Origin: a virus
Taxonomy: Duplodnaviria; Caudoviricetes
Reading direction: 5' to 3' (one strand)
Virus record (IMG/VR): IMGVR_UViG_3300014732_000001
Span: 1-64,000 of that record
DNA: 64,000 nucleotides
In this document: positions 63,833 through 64,000 of the stretch, piece by piece
Numbering within the stretch: the stretch's first letter is position 1
Layout of the letters: every line of letters begins with the position of its first letter
Program-made: the position numbers and the translations under genes
Notes under the pieces: generated by a model
Told to the model about the DNA's origin: nothing
Databases searched by the model: none
The model's input: only the letters and a program-made list of their open reading frames with translations

Positions 63833-64000
63833 TGACTAATGAAGTAAACTCTAGAGATATCCCAGATAAGTTGGGCAGGACCGGAGCAGCGAAAGGTGGG
63901 AGAAAACCTGGGACAAAATCGAGCCGTACACCACGCCAGCGCAAGCTCGCAGAGGTGTTGAATAAACTCTCTCCTGTAGTAGCTAAAGCCCTTGCCAAAG
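63832..64000 (+). CDS. Partial gene, possible terminase small subunit
   Basis: ATG overlaps HNH stop; 'KGGRKPGTK' basic motif; runs off window edge. Confidence 0.4.
   Translation, partial: MTNEVNSRDIPDKLGRTGAAKGGRKPGTKSSRTPRQRKLAEVLNKLSPVVAKALAK

Noticed and set aside
1-64000. tRNA genes and CRISPR arrays
   Set aside because: No cloverleaf with a T-loop GTTCRA and acceptor stem was found by eye. The repeats at 6.2, 30.5 and 60.4 kb are degenerate, irregularly spaced and lack spacer-sized unique intervals. tRNAscan-SE would be the definitive check.

Overview
A 64-kb piece of a lytic dsDNA tailed-phage genome, probably a PAK_P1-related Pseudomonas-type myovirus (inferred from gene content and order, not from a search). 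Left to right: tail spike and lysis cassette (+, 0.2-4.8 kb); a long minus-strand DNA-metabolism block (5-30 kb) with glutaredoxin, nrdA split by a LAGLIDADG-encoding group I intron, nrdB, thyX, exonuclease, SSB, intein-containing family A DNA polymerase and T7-like primase/helicase; a plus-strand early region of small genes with many sigma70 promoters (30.4-42.1 kb); a 0.9-kb non-coding convergence zone; a minus-strand block (43-60 kb) with nucleotidyltransferase, dCMP deaminase, ClpP-like and PhoH genes; and a final plus block running into a possible small terminase. About a dozen homing-endonuclease-type elements are present. No tRNA or CRISPR array was seen. The main unexplained structure is a three-copy, plasmid-replicon-like cassette at about 6, 30.5 and 60.5 kb. 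Each copy has its own iteron-like array, a shared hairpin-rich non-coding core, a tiny ribbon-helix-helix gene missed by the ORF track, and a RepA_N-like winged-HTH gene ending in an SSB-like DDEEGLPF tail, with an endonuclease gene or fragment downstream. A fourth, RepL-like gene lies beside the hairpin-rich non-coding zone. A compact RNA with a predicted double pseudoknot hides the RBS of the last HNH gene. All functional calls are by eye from motifs; no database search was run.
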